Shown here: one piece after another, positions 44,552 to 53,918 of the stretch
Numbering within the stretch: position 1 is the stretch's first letter
How the letters are laid out: each line of letters begins with the position of its first letter
Source of the DNA: a virus
Lineage: Duplodnaviria; Caudoviricetes
Direction: 5' to 3' (one strand)
Virus record (IMG/VR): IMGVR_UViG_3300032246_002540
Location: 1-54,327 of that record
DNA length: 54,327 nucleotides
Notes under the pieces: generated by a model
The model's input: only the letters and a program-made list of their open reading frames with translations
Database searches by the model: none
What the model was told of the DNA's origin: nothing
Translations under genes and position numbers: made by a program

Positions 44552-47209
44552 ATGAGTTATGTAGATGCTCTGCTGGATAGGCAGAAAGAAAGAATCCACG
44601 TGGTTGAACGTGTGGATGGTAAAAGAGTATACAAAGAGTTTCCAGTTGTTTATACTTTTTATTATGCAGATGCCAGAGGAAAATGGCAGAGCATCTACGG
44701 CACACCTGTTAGCCGTGTAAGCACACGCAGCAGCAAAGAGTTTCGCAAGGAACTGGCTGTACATTCAGGCAAAGAGATTTTTGAGAGCGACATCAATCCC
44801 ATCTTCCGCTGCCTAGCAGACAACTATCTGGAAAAAGATGCTCCGGAATTGAACATAGCGTTCCTGGATATCGAGACCGACTTCGATAGCAAGCGTGGCT
44901 ACAGCACGCCGGCTGATCCCTTCACTAAGATCACTGCGGTAACTGTATATCTCAACTGGATGGACCAGCTGATAACGCTGGCTATACCGCCAGCTGCGAT
45001 GACATTAGAGGAAGCCAATCAGATCGCTGCCAAATTCGACAACACGTTCATGTTCCAATCCGAAGCAGAGATGATATTGACGCTGCTGGATCTGATCGAG
45101 GATGCGGATATCCTGTCAGGTTGGAACTCAGGTGGATTTGATATTCCCTATCTGGTCAATCGCACTGCAAGGGTATTGAGTAAAGATGATACTCGTCGTT
45201 ATTGTCTGTGGAATCAGTTTCCCAAGGAGCGTGTGTTTGAAAAATATGGCGCGGATCAACTTACTTTTGACCTGGTTGGCCGGGTTCACATGGATTATAT
45301 GGAACTGTATCGTAAGTATACTTACGAAGAGCGCCACAGTTACAGCCTTGATGCTATCGGCGAGTATGAACTGAACGAACGCAAGACAGCATACGAAGGC
45401 AGCCTGGACCAGTTGTACAACCAGGACTTCGAAACATTCATCACATATTCCAGACAGGATGTGGCACTGCTGGACAAGCTGGACAAGAAGCTCAGGTTCA
45501 TCGATCTGGCCAACGAACTGGCACACGCCAACACCGTGCTGCTACAGACTACCATGGGCGCAGTGGCCGTGACCGAGCAGGCTATCATCAACGAAGCACA
45601 TCGTCGCGGTATGGTGGTACCCAATCGCAAGCAAAAGACAGACACTAGCGAAACACAAGTGGCTGGTGCTTATGTGGCTTATCCTAAAAAAGGCTTGCAC
45701 GAATGGATCGGTGCTATCGACATCAACAGCCTGTATCCGTCAGCCATTCGTAGCCTGAATATGGGGCCAGAGACCGTGATAGGCCAACTGCGGCCCATCA
45801 TGACAGACGCTTACATCAGTGCCAAATTAGCTGAAGGCAAGAGCTTTGCCTCAGCTTGGGAGGGACTGTTCGGCAGCCTGGAATATGAAGCAGTGATGCG
45901 ACAGGATCCAGCCACAGAGATCACTGTGGATTGGGAAAATGGCGAATCGGAAGTGTACAGTGCCAAGCAGTTGTACAATGTTATATTCAATACAAACAAA
46001 CCCTGGTGTGTCAGTGCCAATGGCACACTGTTCAATCTGGAAAAACAGGGCGTGATTCCCGGCTTGTTGGAACGCTGGTATGCCGAGCGTAAAGAACTGC
46101 AAGCCAAGATGAAAAGCAGTAACGATCCCAAGACCCGTGCGTTCTGGGACAAACGTCAGCTTGTGAAAAAGATTAACTTGAACAGCCTATATGGTGCTAT
46201 CCTCAACGGCGGATGCAGGTTCTTCGATCAACGCATCGGACAGAGCACTACACTGTGCGGCCGTGCCATCGCCAAGCATATGGATGCTACAGTGAATCAG
46301 ATGATCACTGGCGATTATGATCACGTGGGCAAGGCCATCATCTATGGTGATACCGATTCGGTGTATTTCTCGGCCTGGCCCACCATACAAGCCGATGTGT
46401 CCAGAGGACAGATGGAATGGGACAAGGACATCTGTGTGCAACTGTATGATCAGATAGCCGAACAGGTAAATGCCACATTCCCTGACTTCATGCATCAGGC
46501 GTTCCACACCACACCAGAGCTGGGTAGCATAATCAAAGGTGGTCGTGAACTGGTGGCCAACAGTGGATTGTTCATCACAAAGAAACGCTATGCTGTGCAG
46601 ATCTATGATCTGGAAGGCAAGCGCCTGGATACAGAAGGCAAGACAGGCAAAGTAAAAGCAATGGGCCTGGATCTCAAGAGATCAGATACTCCCAAGGTAG
46701 TACAGGACTTCCTAAGCGATATCTTGCAACAGGTGCTTAACGGTGCCAGCAAAGACCAGATCATCACTGCAATCAGACAGTTTAAGACCGAGTTTACCAG
46801 CAAGCCAGCTTGGGAGAAAGGAACACCCAAGCGTGTGAACAAGCTCACATACTACGGCGACCTAGAGAAGAAGCAGGGCAAAGCAAATATGCCCGGACAC
46901 GTTCGTGCAGCTATCAATTGGAATCATCTGAGACGATTGCACAGCGACAAGCACAGTATCGAGATAGTGGATGGTATGAAAACCATTGTTTGCAAATTGC
47001 GTAACAATCCACTGGGATTGACCAGCATCGGATATCCCACGGATGAAAGCCGTATTCCCAACTGGTTTAAAGAATTGCCGTTTGACGATGCTGATATGGA
47101 AGCATCAATCATTGACCAAAAGGTGGAAAATCTTTTGGATGTGCTGGAATGGAACATCAGCCAGAGCACAAATATCCGCAGTAACTTCAACAAATTGTTC
47201 AGTATGTGA
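44552..47209 (+). CDS. family B DNA polymerase (T4 gp43-like)
   Basis: Exo motifs DIETD and GWNSGGFDIPY; polymerase motifs DINSLYPS, KINLNSLYG, YGDTDS, KKRY. Confidence 0.97.
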   Translation: MSYVDALLDRQKERIHVVERVDGKRVYKEFPVVYTFYYADARGKWQSIYGTPVSRVSTRSSKEFRKELAVHSGKEIFESDINPIFRCLADNYLEKDAPELNIAFLDIETDFDSKRGYSTPADPFTKITAVTVYLNWMDQLITLAIPPAAMTLEEANQIAAKFDNTFMFQSEAEMILTLLDLIEDADILSGWNSGGFDIPYLVNRTARVLSKDDTRRYCLWNQFPKERVFEKYGADQLTFDLVGRVHMDYMELYRKYTYEERHSYSLDAIGEYELNERKTAYEGSLDQLYNQDFETFITYSRQDVALLDKLDKKLRFIDLANELAHANTVLLQTTMGAVAVTEQAIINEAHRRGMVVPNRKQKTDTSETQVAGAYVAYPKKGLHEWIGAIDINSLYPSAIRSLNMGPETVIGQLRPIMTDAYISAKLAEGKSFASAWEGLFGSLEYEAVMRQDPATEITVDWENGESEVYSAKQLYNVIFNTNKPWCVSANGTLFNLEKQGVIPGLLERWYAERKELQAKMKSSNDPKTRAFWDKRQLVKKINLNSLYGAILNGGCRFFDQRIGQSTTLCGRAIAKHMDATVNQMITGDYDHVGKAIIYGDTDSVYFSAWPTIQADVSRGQMEWDKDICVQLYDQIAEQVNATFPDFMHQAFHTTPELGSIIKGGRELVANSGLFITKKRYAVQIYDLEGKRLDTEGKTGKVKAMGLDLKRSDTPKVVQDFLSDILQQVLNGASKDQIITAIRQFKTEFTSKPAWEKGTPKRVNKLTYYGDLEKKQGKANMPGHVRAAINWNHLRRLHSDKHSIEIVDGMKTIVCKLRNNPLGLTSIGYPTDESRIPNWFKELPFDDADMEASIIDQKVENLLDVLEWNISQSTNIRSNFNKLFSM

Positions 47210-48057
47210 TGCTAATACAACAGGCCCAGCACAATTATAACCAGGTTAAACAGGCCGCTGAATTCTATATCACTTACGGCCAAGCTCACAGAAATTATCA
47301 GGAAACCTGTGATTGTTTTATAAAGTTGATGGATCAGTTGGAAAAAAGTCTGGAATATGGCAAAACACAATTATTGTTGAACAGCAACAATCTATGTACC
47401 ACACTACAAAATAAAGATGTGCAACAACGTCTGGATTTCGTAGAGATCAATCGTTTCAATGACCTAGAAGTAAATGCACTCGTACACTTGATATTTCAAA
47501 ACAGTGCAAATAATATTCCTGGAATGGAATTGTTCCCTGGTACTGGTCAGTTTTTACCTCACGCTGTGGCAATGGAGCCGTTGTATGTGGCTGACAAATA
47601 TCCAGAAATCCTGGAAAACGCAGTAAAAGTATTTAATAATGAGTTTTATGCTGATCGTAGAGTACGCAAAGTCCTAGTCATACCTGAAGACATCAGCAGT
47701 ATACCAGTGGGTGCTTTGGGGTTGGTCTATTGTTTCAATGAATTTTTTATGGCCAACACGGATTATATCCTAGCTTGGGCAAAGCAAGTGCTCATCATGT
47801 TGTACACAGGGGGAAAATTTGTTTTCAATTTTCTACCTGACGATCAAATTTGGGCTCAAGACCAGTGCCTGGCTCACAATTTTAGTGTGGTGAATGTAAA
47901 CAGACTTTGCACAGAATTGGAAATTATGGGCTATGACATAGAAAGATGCGTTATAAAGGAACTGAGATGCAGCCATATCGTAGCGGTCAAACGTCTGGGT
48001 CATTCCATACCCAGATTAAAAGTTGGTCCCAGTGTTGCAGAAATTATTGAACTATGA
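47206..48057 (+). CDS. class I methyltransferase-fold protein, possibly degenerate
   Basis: MELFPGTGQF, LYVADK, GLVYCFNEF, LYTGGKFVFNF. Confidence 0.5.
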   Translation: MMLIQQAQHNYNQVKQAAEFYITYGQAHRNYQETCDCFIKLMDQLEKSLEYGKTQLLLNSNNLCTTLQNKDVQQRLDFVEINRFNDLEVNALVHLIFQNSANNIPGMELFPGTGQFLPHAVAMEPLYVADKYPEILENAVKVFNNEFYADRRVRKVLVIPEDISSIPVGALGLVYCFNEFFMANTDYILAWAKQVLIMLYTGGKFVFNFLPDDQIWAQDQCLAHNFSVVNVNRLCTELEIMGYDIERCVIKELRCSHIVAVKRLGHSIPRLKVGPSVAEIIEL

Positions 48058-48094
48058 TACAAAAACCTATATACTATAAGAAAAGGAAAAGAGT

Positions 48095-48826
48095 ATGAGA
48101 GATTATCTATTAGACATTGTGGAACACGTACTGCCCACTGGTGTATTGAGTCTGGTCAAAGTCACTGGCACCGATAAGACAACAACCTTGGCATCAGCTG
48201 ACACCAGCAACGTGCTGTTGCTCAACGCCACGTTCCACGAACCACATCCTGATTTTGAAGGTGTGTTTGGTTTGCCCAATCTGCCCAATTTGAACACCAT
48301 CCTTAATATTCCTGAATACAGGGAAAATGCAACCATTTCCATCGTGAGAGAAAATGTGGATGGCGAACAAAAGCCACGCAGCATCCAATTTAAAAATGCC
48401 AATGGTGATTTCAACAACAACTTCCGTTTGATGTTGGACTACTTGGTTAAAGATAAAATCAAAGACATCAAATTCAATGGTACTAATTGGAACATCACAC
48501 TGGAACCCACTGTGGCTAGCATCAGCAGATTGAAATACCAGTCGCAGGCTCACAGTGAATATGAAAATTTCACTATCAAAACTGATGGCAGCGATTTGAA
48601 ATTTTTCTTTGGTGATCCCAGTGGACACGCTGGTAATTTCACATTCCAGAGCGGTGTGGCAGGAAAAATTACCAATAGCTGGGAATACCGTGTGACACTA
48701 TTCCAGTCTATCTTGAATCTGTCGGGCGATAAAGTGGTACAGTTCAGTGATGATGGTGTGATCCTTATCACTGTAGACAGCGGCTTGATCAAATACGAAT
48801 ACTACCTGCCAGCATTGACAAAATAA
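48095..48826 (+). CDS. probable DNA sliding clamp (gp45-like)
   Basis: 243 aa alternating beta/alpha pattern ending YEYYLPA; lies downstream of PolB, and a clamp loader is encoded in the window. Confidence 0.6.
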   Translation: MRDYLLDIVEHVLPTGVLSLVKVTGTDKTTTLASADTSNVLLLNATFHEPHPDFEGVFGLPNLPNLNTILNIPEYRENATISIVRENVDGEQKPRSIQFKNANGDFNNNFRLMLDYLVKDKIKDIKFNGTNWNITLEPTVASISRLKYQSQAHSEYENFTIKTDGSDLKFFFGDPSGHAGNFTFQSGVAGKITNSWEYRVTLFQSILNLSGDKVVQFSDDGVILITVDSGLIKYEYYLPALTK

Positions 48827-50370
48827 TGACAAATAGAGTAGATCTTAAAACCAATCAGGAAGACTATGCACTGTTCCTGCCAGCGTTAAGTGGATTCTAT
48901 TCCACTTACATTGGCAAGCAACGGTTTGCTGAGTATGTGGATCCGGCTCGCATACCCGCCGGGCTAGGTGGTATGGAAGGACTTAATTTTCTCAACAGCA
49001 AAGAAGGTCTTTTCCACTATCCCTGGTGCTTGTATTCAGCGGGCCACGCCAATCTGGAAATCGGTGTCGATCCCAAAGAAGATATGGTCAGGAACCGTGA
49101 AGAAGGCAGCTTCATCCTGGGCGACTCAGGCGGTTTCCAGATAGCCAAAGGCGTCTGGGAAGGAGACTGGCGAGCCAACAGTGGTTGCGATAAAGCACAA
49201 AAGAAACGTGTGCAGGTGCTGAACTGGATGGAAGAATATATGGACTATGGTATGGGTCTGGATATTCCTGGTTGGGTAGGTCGCACTCCACGTGGGCGCG
49301 AAGCTACTAAGATCAGCACATATGGCGAAGCTGTGGAAGCATCCAAGTATAACTTTGAATACTGGATGCGCCACAGGCAGCACAAGTGCAAATTCCTCAC
49401 AGTTTTGCAGGGTGATAACCACAAGCAGGCCGATGAGTGGTATGATGAGATGAAGAAGTATAGTGATCCCAAACAGTTTCCTGTGGATCATTTCAACGGT
49501 TGGGCTATGGGTTCGCAAAACAAATGTGATCCACATCTGGTGCTGAAACGTCTGGTGTCACTGATCTATGATGGCTTGCTGGAGTCAGGTGTGCAAGACT
49601 GGATCCATTACTTGGGTACCAGCAAACTGGAATGGGCAATGATGTTCACAGACATCCAACGTGCCATCCGCAAGTATCATAACCCCACGCTCAGCATCAG
49701 TTTCGACTGTGCTAGCCCATTCCTAGCCACAGCTAACGGGCAAGTATACCACGAAAACCGTCTGGCAGATCGTGGCAAGTGGATGTACAAGATGAGCAAG
49801 TGTGTGGACGACAAGAAGTATGCCACAGACCCCAGACTATTCCGCGATGCTGTGATGCAGGACGGATTGTTCACAGACTTTATCAAGAGTCCTATCATCG
49901 ATGCTTGCGGTATCAGCGACATCTGCCACTACAAACCCGGCGATCTCAACAAGATCGGCAAGGAAGGCCGTACCAGCTGGGACAGCTTCAGCTATGCACT
50001 ACTGATGGGGCATAATATCTTTGCACACTTGCGAGCAGTGCAAGATGGCAATGCCAGATATGACATCGGAATTGTGCCAGCAAGCCTGGTGCAAGAGAAG
50101 TTTGATCGTATCTTCTTCCGTGATGTGGTGGACCGCATCTTTGGTGCAAAAAGTCGTGCAGAAGCTGATCGTTACGTGGAAGAACACAATCGCTGGTATA
50201 TGGACATCGTGGGCAGCAGTGCCAATGGATTCTTGGGTAAGAAAGCTGTTAACAGTACCACGGCTTACGGCACGTTGTTTCAGGAAGTGGAGTATGAACC
50301 TACGACAGCCAGAGACGACAGTGGTCTAGATGAGAAGAAACTGGATAAACTGGAACAACAAATTGATTGA
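48826..50370 (+). CDS. TGT-family guanine transglycosylase (DpdA-like, deazaguanine insertion)
   Basis: LGDSGGFQ, GLDIP, VLQG, GWAMG, IHYLGTS, ISFDCASP TGT-barrel motifs; linked to QueD-like and FolE genes. Confidence 0.8.
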   Translation: MTNRVDLKTNQEDYALFLPALSGFYSTYIGKQRFAEYVDPARIPAGLGGMEGLNFLNSKEGLFHYPWCLYSAGHANLEIGVDPKEDMVRNREEGSFILGDSGGFQIAKGVWEGDWRANSGCDKAQKKRVQVLNWMEEYMDYGMGLDIPGWVGRTPRGREATKISTYGEAVEASKYNFEYWMRHRQHKCKFLTVLQGDNHKQADEWYDEMKKYSDPKQFPVDHFNGWAMGSQNKCDPHLVLKRLVSLIYDGLLESGVQDWIHYLGTSKLEWAMMFTDIQRAIRKYHNPTLSISFDCASPFLATANGQVYHENRLADRGKWMYKMSKCVDDKKYATDPRLFRDAVMQDGLFTDFIKSPIIDACGISDICHYKPGDLNKIGKEGRTSWDSFSYALLMGHNIFAHLRAVQDGNARYDIGIVPASLVQEKFDRIFFRDVVDRIFGAKSRAEADRYVEEHNRWYMDIVGSSANGFLGKKAVNSTTAYGTLFQEVEYEPTTARDDSGLDEKKLDKLEQQID

Positions 50371-50422
50371 CTTCTATACTAAGCTAGTGTAAAGTATTAT
50401 CATAACAATTACAGGAACAGTT

Positions 50423-50764
50423 ATGACAGACGATAACGCAGATCTCAGCAAGCGGATCTATCTGGAATGTGAATGTACCGATTTCGACCACACTGTGAGA
50501 GTCAGCCTGTGGGATTGGAACAACTATACCGATACCAGCAAAAGCCAACCACCGGAAATGATTGTGGAATATCATCTAAATAACCACGAAAACTGGTATC
50601 AGCGTGTATGGTCTGCTATCAAGTATGTGTTCAATCGTGAAAGCATCGTGTATCACGATGTCATGGTTGATCACAAAGGCGTGGAAAGATTGGAAAAGTT
50701 GTGCCAGGATTATCGTCTGGCACGTGAAGTATACAAATTAGGAACATCAACAGATGGCAAATAA
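50423..50764 (+). CDS. hypothetical protein
   Basis: TTGACT at 50367 and AGGA SD; CEC..DH motif. Confidence 0.65.
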   Translation: MTDDNADLSKRIYLECECTDFDHTVRVSLWDWNNYTDTSKSQPPEMIVEYHLNNHENWYQRVWSAIKYVFNRESIVYHDVMVDHKGVERLEKLCQDYRLAREVYKLGTSTDGK

Positions 50765-51281
50765 CGACTTATATGTAACCAGTGCGCTGGTAAACAAATT
50801 GACAGAGGCAGCACAGACACCTATTCCTGATGCTATCATCGATCCCAAAGATTTAATCACCGAGCCCTTTATCAAACGACCTTATGGCGATCATACGGAA
50901 CGCTACTGCGAGATCTGGGTCAAGTTCCAGCTGGAAGGCATCCACAAATATCCAGCAGCACTGAATGATCCCAGCCTGGCCGATGTGCAGTTTTTAGGTT
51001 ACCCACATCGTCATATGTTCCATTTCCGTGTGGGCATCGAAGTCTTCCACGACGATCGTGACATCGAATTCATCCAGTTCAAACGCTGGCTGATCAGCTT
51101 GTATGGCGGCAGCAACGAGCCTGTCATCCAGCTGGACTACAAGAGCTGCGAGATGATCGCAGACGAACTTTATGAACAGATCAATACCAAATACCCTGGC
51201 AGAAACGTAACAATAGAAGTAAGCGAAGATAATGAAAATGGCTGTTATGTCACATACAAAAAGGCAGAATACAATGATTAA
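50754..51281 (+). CDS. QueD/PTPS-like T-fold enzyme
   Basis: EGIH, HRHMFHFRV, DIEFIQFK, SCEMIA..L, VSEDNENG. Confidence 0.75.
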   Translation: MANNDLYVTSALVNKLTEAAQTPIPDAIIDPKDLITEPFIKRPYGDHTERYCEIWVKFQLEGIHKYPAALNDPSLADVQFLGYPHRHMFHFRVGIEVFHDDRDIEFIQFKRWLISLYGGSNEPVIQLDYKSCEMIADELYEQINTKYPGRNVTIEVSEDNENGCYVTYKKAEYND

Positions 51282-51489
51282 GAATCGTACAGTGAATCGT
51301 GTTTTTGAAGATCTGGAAGCCTATCAGGCTTTTTGTGTAGAGTATGGTTTCCGCTTCGACGAAGCAGATCTATACAAGCGCAACACACCATATGGCCAAT
51401 TCGAGAGGGCCAAACGAGGTGATCCCGTGCGTAACAACTGGCAGATCGACGGCGCACAATTTGCAGACGCTGAAACCCGTATGCACTGA
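51274..51489 (+). CDS. hypothetical protein
   Basis: VFEDLEAYQAFCVEYGFRFDEADLY; ATG overlapping the upstream gene. Confidence 0.7.
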   Translation: MIKNRTVNRVFEDLEAYQAFCVEYGFRFDEADLYKRNTPYGQFERAKRGDPVRNNWQIDGAQFADAETRMH

Positions 51490-51503
51490 AAAGGCACTGC
51501 CAG

Positions 51504-51767
51504 GTGTTCTTGCCCTACATACATAAACCCATAATCTATACACAATTCGACGATAACAATATCGTCGAATTTCCTGTCGATGGCAATGTATTCACACGCC
51601 AAAACATAATGTATTCTGTCAAACGCTGGTGTACTGAACAGGGTCTGCGAAACGGCACAGATTACTTGTTTATGAAAATGCAAGCTGACAACAAACATAT
51701 ACCCGTATGGTTCAAAGAACAGTGTTACGCCAGTATGCTTGCCATGGTCTTATATGCAAAAGACTGA
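51504..51767 (+). CDS. hypothetical protein
   Basis: GTG start; DYLF...WFKEQCYASML motif similar to the next gene. Confidence 0.55.
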   Translation: MFLPYIHKPIIYTQFDDNNIVEFPVDGNVFTRQNIMYSVKRWCTEQGLRNGTDYLFMKMQADNKHIPVWFKEQCYASMLAMVLYAKD

Positions 51768-52050
51768 TGAAAACATAACTTTCGACAGCAAGAAAATCAC
51801 GAACAGACCTGTGAACAATGGATATTGGATAGGTCCCGGAGATGGTTACGAAGGCGCCCTTAACGCAAATTATCAGGATGTGGAAGCAGCACTGATAATC
51901 GCCAACAGATTGGGCCAACAGGGATACCAATATCATACAGACTACACATTTGTCACCTGCGGTTTAGACGGTGTGACACTATATTTTTATAATAAAGAAG
52001 CTGCAACATTTGCGATATTGCAGTGGGATATATTGACTAGACAGTGGTAA
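51754..52050 (+). CDS. hypothetical protein
   Basis: DYTF...YFYNKEAATFAILQW. Confidence 0.55.
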   Translation: MQKTDENITFDSKKITNRPVNNGYWIGPGDGYEGALNANYQDVEAALIIANRLGQQGYQYHTDYTFVTCGLDGVTLYFYNKEAATFAILQWDILTRQW

Positions 52051-52068
52051 AGGTAGTAGAGTATAAAC

Positions 52069-52848
52069 ATGAGCAAAAAACAAAACAAAAGAGTAGTACT
52101 AGTAACAGGTGGTTTCGATCCACTGCACAGCGGACATATCAAATATATCACAGAAGCAGCAAAGCTGGGCGATATGCTGGTAGTGGGCGTCAACAGCGAC
52201 GCCTGGTTGACCAGGAAGAAGGGCAGGCCTTTCATGCCCTGGCTGGAACGTGCATCGGTGATCGATGCGCTTAAACCAGTTGACGTGGTCATCGACTTCA
52301 ATGATGACAACAACAGCGGCGCACACGCTATCCAGCAAGTGCTGGATATGTATCCAGATGCCACGATCGTATACGCCAACGGCGGTGATCGTGGACAAGG
52401 CAATATTCCCGAACAGGATCTGATCGATGATCCCAGGCTGGAATATGTTTTTGGTGTGGGTGGCGATGACAAAGCCAACAGCAGCAGTTGGATCCTGCGT
52501 AATTGGCAAGCACCGCGTACCGAACGCATCTGGGGCCACTATGATGTGCTGACAGAATATCCGGATGTCAAACTGAAAGAACTGGTAGTGGAACCTGGCA
52601 GATGCCTCAGTTATCAGCGACATTTCAAACGCAGTGAAGTGTGGTTTGTTCGCTCTGGCGTGGCACGTATCATCTATAATTTCGATCAGACCGAATACAC
52701 AGAGCTGATCGACACTCACGGAGTGTTCGTGATCCCACAAGGCGGCTGGCATCAGCTGATCAATCCTGGTAAGGATCCACTGCACATCATCGAGATCCAA
52801 TATGGTGAAGCCTGCCTGGAAGAAGATATCGAGAGAGTGAATCAGTGA
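52069..52848 (+). CDS. RfaE/HldE-like sugar nucleotidyltransferase fused to a ManC-type (PMI-II) cupin
   Basis: TGGFDPLHSGH, GVNSD, ANGGDR, NSSS; then RIWGHY..LSYQRH.KRSEVW..WHQL..IIEIQYG..EEDIER. Confidence 0.88.
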   Translation: MSKKQNKRVVLVTGGFDPLHSGHIKYITEAAKLGDMLVVGVNSDAWLTRKKGRPFMPWLERASVIDALKPVDVVIDFNDDNNSGAHAIQQVLDMYPDATIVYANGGDRGQGNIPEQDLIDDPRLEYVFGVGGDDKANSSSWILRNWQAPRTERIWGHYDVLTEYPDVKLKELVVEPGRCLSYQRHFKRSEVWFVRSGVARIIYNFDQTEYTELIDTHGVFVIPQGGWHQLINPGKDPLHIIEIQYGEACLEEDIERVNQ

Positions 52849-53918
52849 TAAACAACATCTATATCGTACCCATAGAACCCATCGACCAGCGTTATACACG
52901 CCAGTGGTATGACAACATCCCTGCCATCCTCGATGACATCATCGAGCGGTGGGAGGTGGACTACCAAGTCACGACCATAGATGGGGAGCAGCCCAAGACC
53001 GGCACCACAGCTGGTGCCTTCCTGGACTTTGCTGTGACCAATCAGTACAAAGCCAGCCAGACACAACGCATCGCAGAATTGTTCACAGCTGGTAAAGTTT
53101 TGCCAGGCGACAAGTTTCTTATCACGGATGCCTGGAACTTCGCCATAACTGCCATCAGATACATGAGCGACCTGCTGGACATTCCCGTGGAGATACACGG
53201 TATCTGGCACGCCGGTGCCTATGATCCCACGGACATCCTGGGTATGAAGATGCAGAAGCCCTGGCCCTGGCGCCAGGAGGCTGCCTGGTTCTATGCCTGC
53301 GACTACAACTATTATGCAACTGAATTCCACAAGAAATTGTTCTTGACAAATCTGGGTATCGATCCCAGTGCCTGGCACAAGGCTATTCGTTCGGGTCAGC
53401 CGCACGAATTGATCGTCAACGAAGTGCGAGCACATCGTCAGAGCAAGCGTGAAAAAACCGTGATGTGGCCACACAGGCTCAATGCTGACAAGCAACCAGA
53501 GATCATGCGTGATATATCCAAACATATGACAGTTGTTGTCACACAGGAACAAAACTGGAGCAAGCAGGAATACTATCAGCAGTTGGGCAAGACCAGCGTG
53601 GTGTTTAGTTGCAGCCTGCACGAAAATCTGGGCATCAGCCAGATGGAAGGTGTGTTAGCTGGTGCTATCCCAGTAGTGCCGGATCGTGCCAGCTACAGCG
53701 AAATGTATCCTGACATCTTTAAATATCCCACCGAGTGGACCAACAGTGTGGACAACTATTACAAACACAAGGATCGTATGATCGGTTTAATTGCGGATCG
53801 TATGGAAAACTATCAGTATTACGCCGATGCTCTGGCTGAATGTGAAAACAATTTGATTGCCAACTATTTAAATGCTAGTATAATGATAGGTAAACTCATA
53901 GGAAAAAACAGTGACTGA
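52845..53918 (+). CDS. GT-B (GT4-like) glycosyltransferase
   Basis: WPHRL..DKQP and ENLGISQMEG (ExxGxxxxE), VPDRASYSE. Confidence 0.8.
   Translation: MINNIYIVPIEPIDQRYTRQWYDNIPAILDDIIERWEVDYQVTTIDGEQPKTGTTAGAFLDFAVTNQYKASQTQRIAELFTAGKVLPGDKFLITDAWNFAITAIRYMSDLLDIPVEIHGIWHAGAYDPTDILGMKMQKPWPWRQEAAWFYACDYNYYATEFHKKLFLTNLGIDPSAWHKAIRSGQPHELIVNEVRAHRQSKREKTVMWPHRLNADKQPEIMRDISKHMTVVVTQEQNWSKQEYYQQLGKTSVVFSCSLHENLGISQMEGVLAGAIPVVPDRASYSEMYPDIFKYPTEWTNSVDNYYKHKDRMIGLIADRMENYQYYADALAECENNLIANYLNASIMIGKLIGKNSD

Noticed and set aside
44552-47209. Intein or intron in PolB
   Set aside because: 885 aa with motifs in normal order; no intein termini or homing-endonuclease motifs noticed.
48826-50370. Ordinary tRNA-guanine transglycosylase for queuosine tRNA
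   Set aside because: Not excluded, but less likely: it is coupled to replication genes and much diverged from bacterial Tgt, and no GUN-anticodon tRNA is in the window.
2610-52899. Long antisense ORFs (e.g. 2610..3254, 8607..9320, 9785..10546, 28023..28703, 52099..52899)
   Set aside because: They are shadows of well-supported + strand genes with no motifs or start signals; only 4670..5101 and phoH are credible minus-strand genes.
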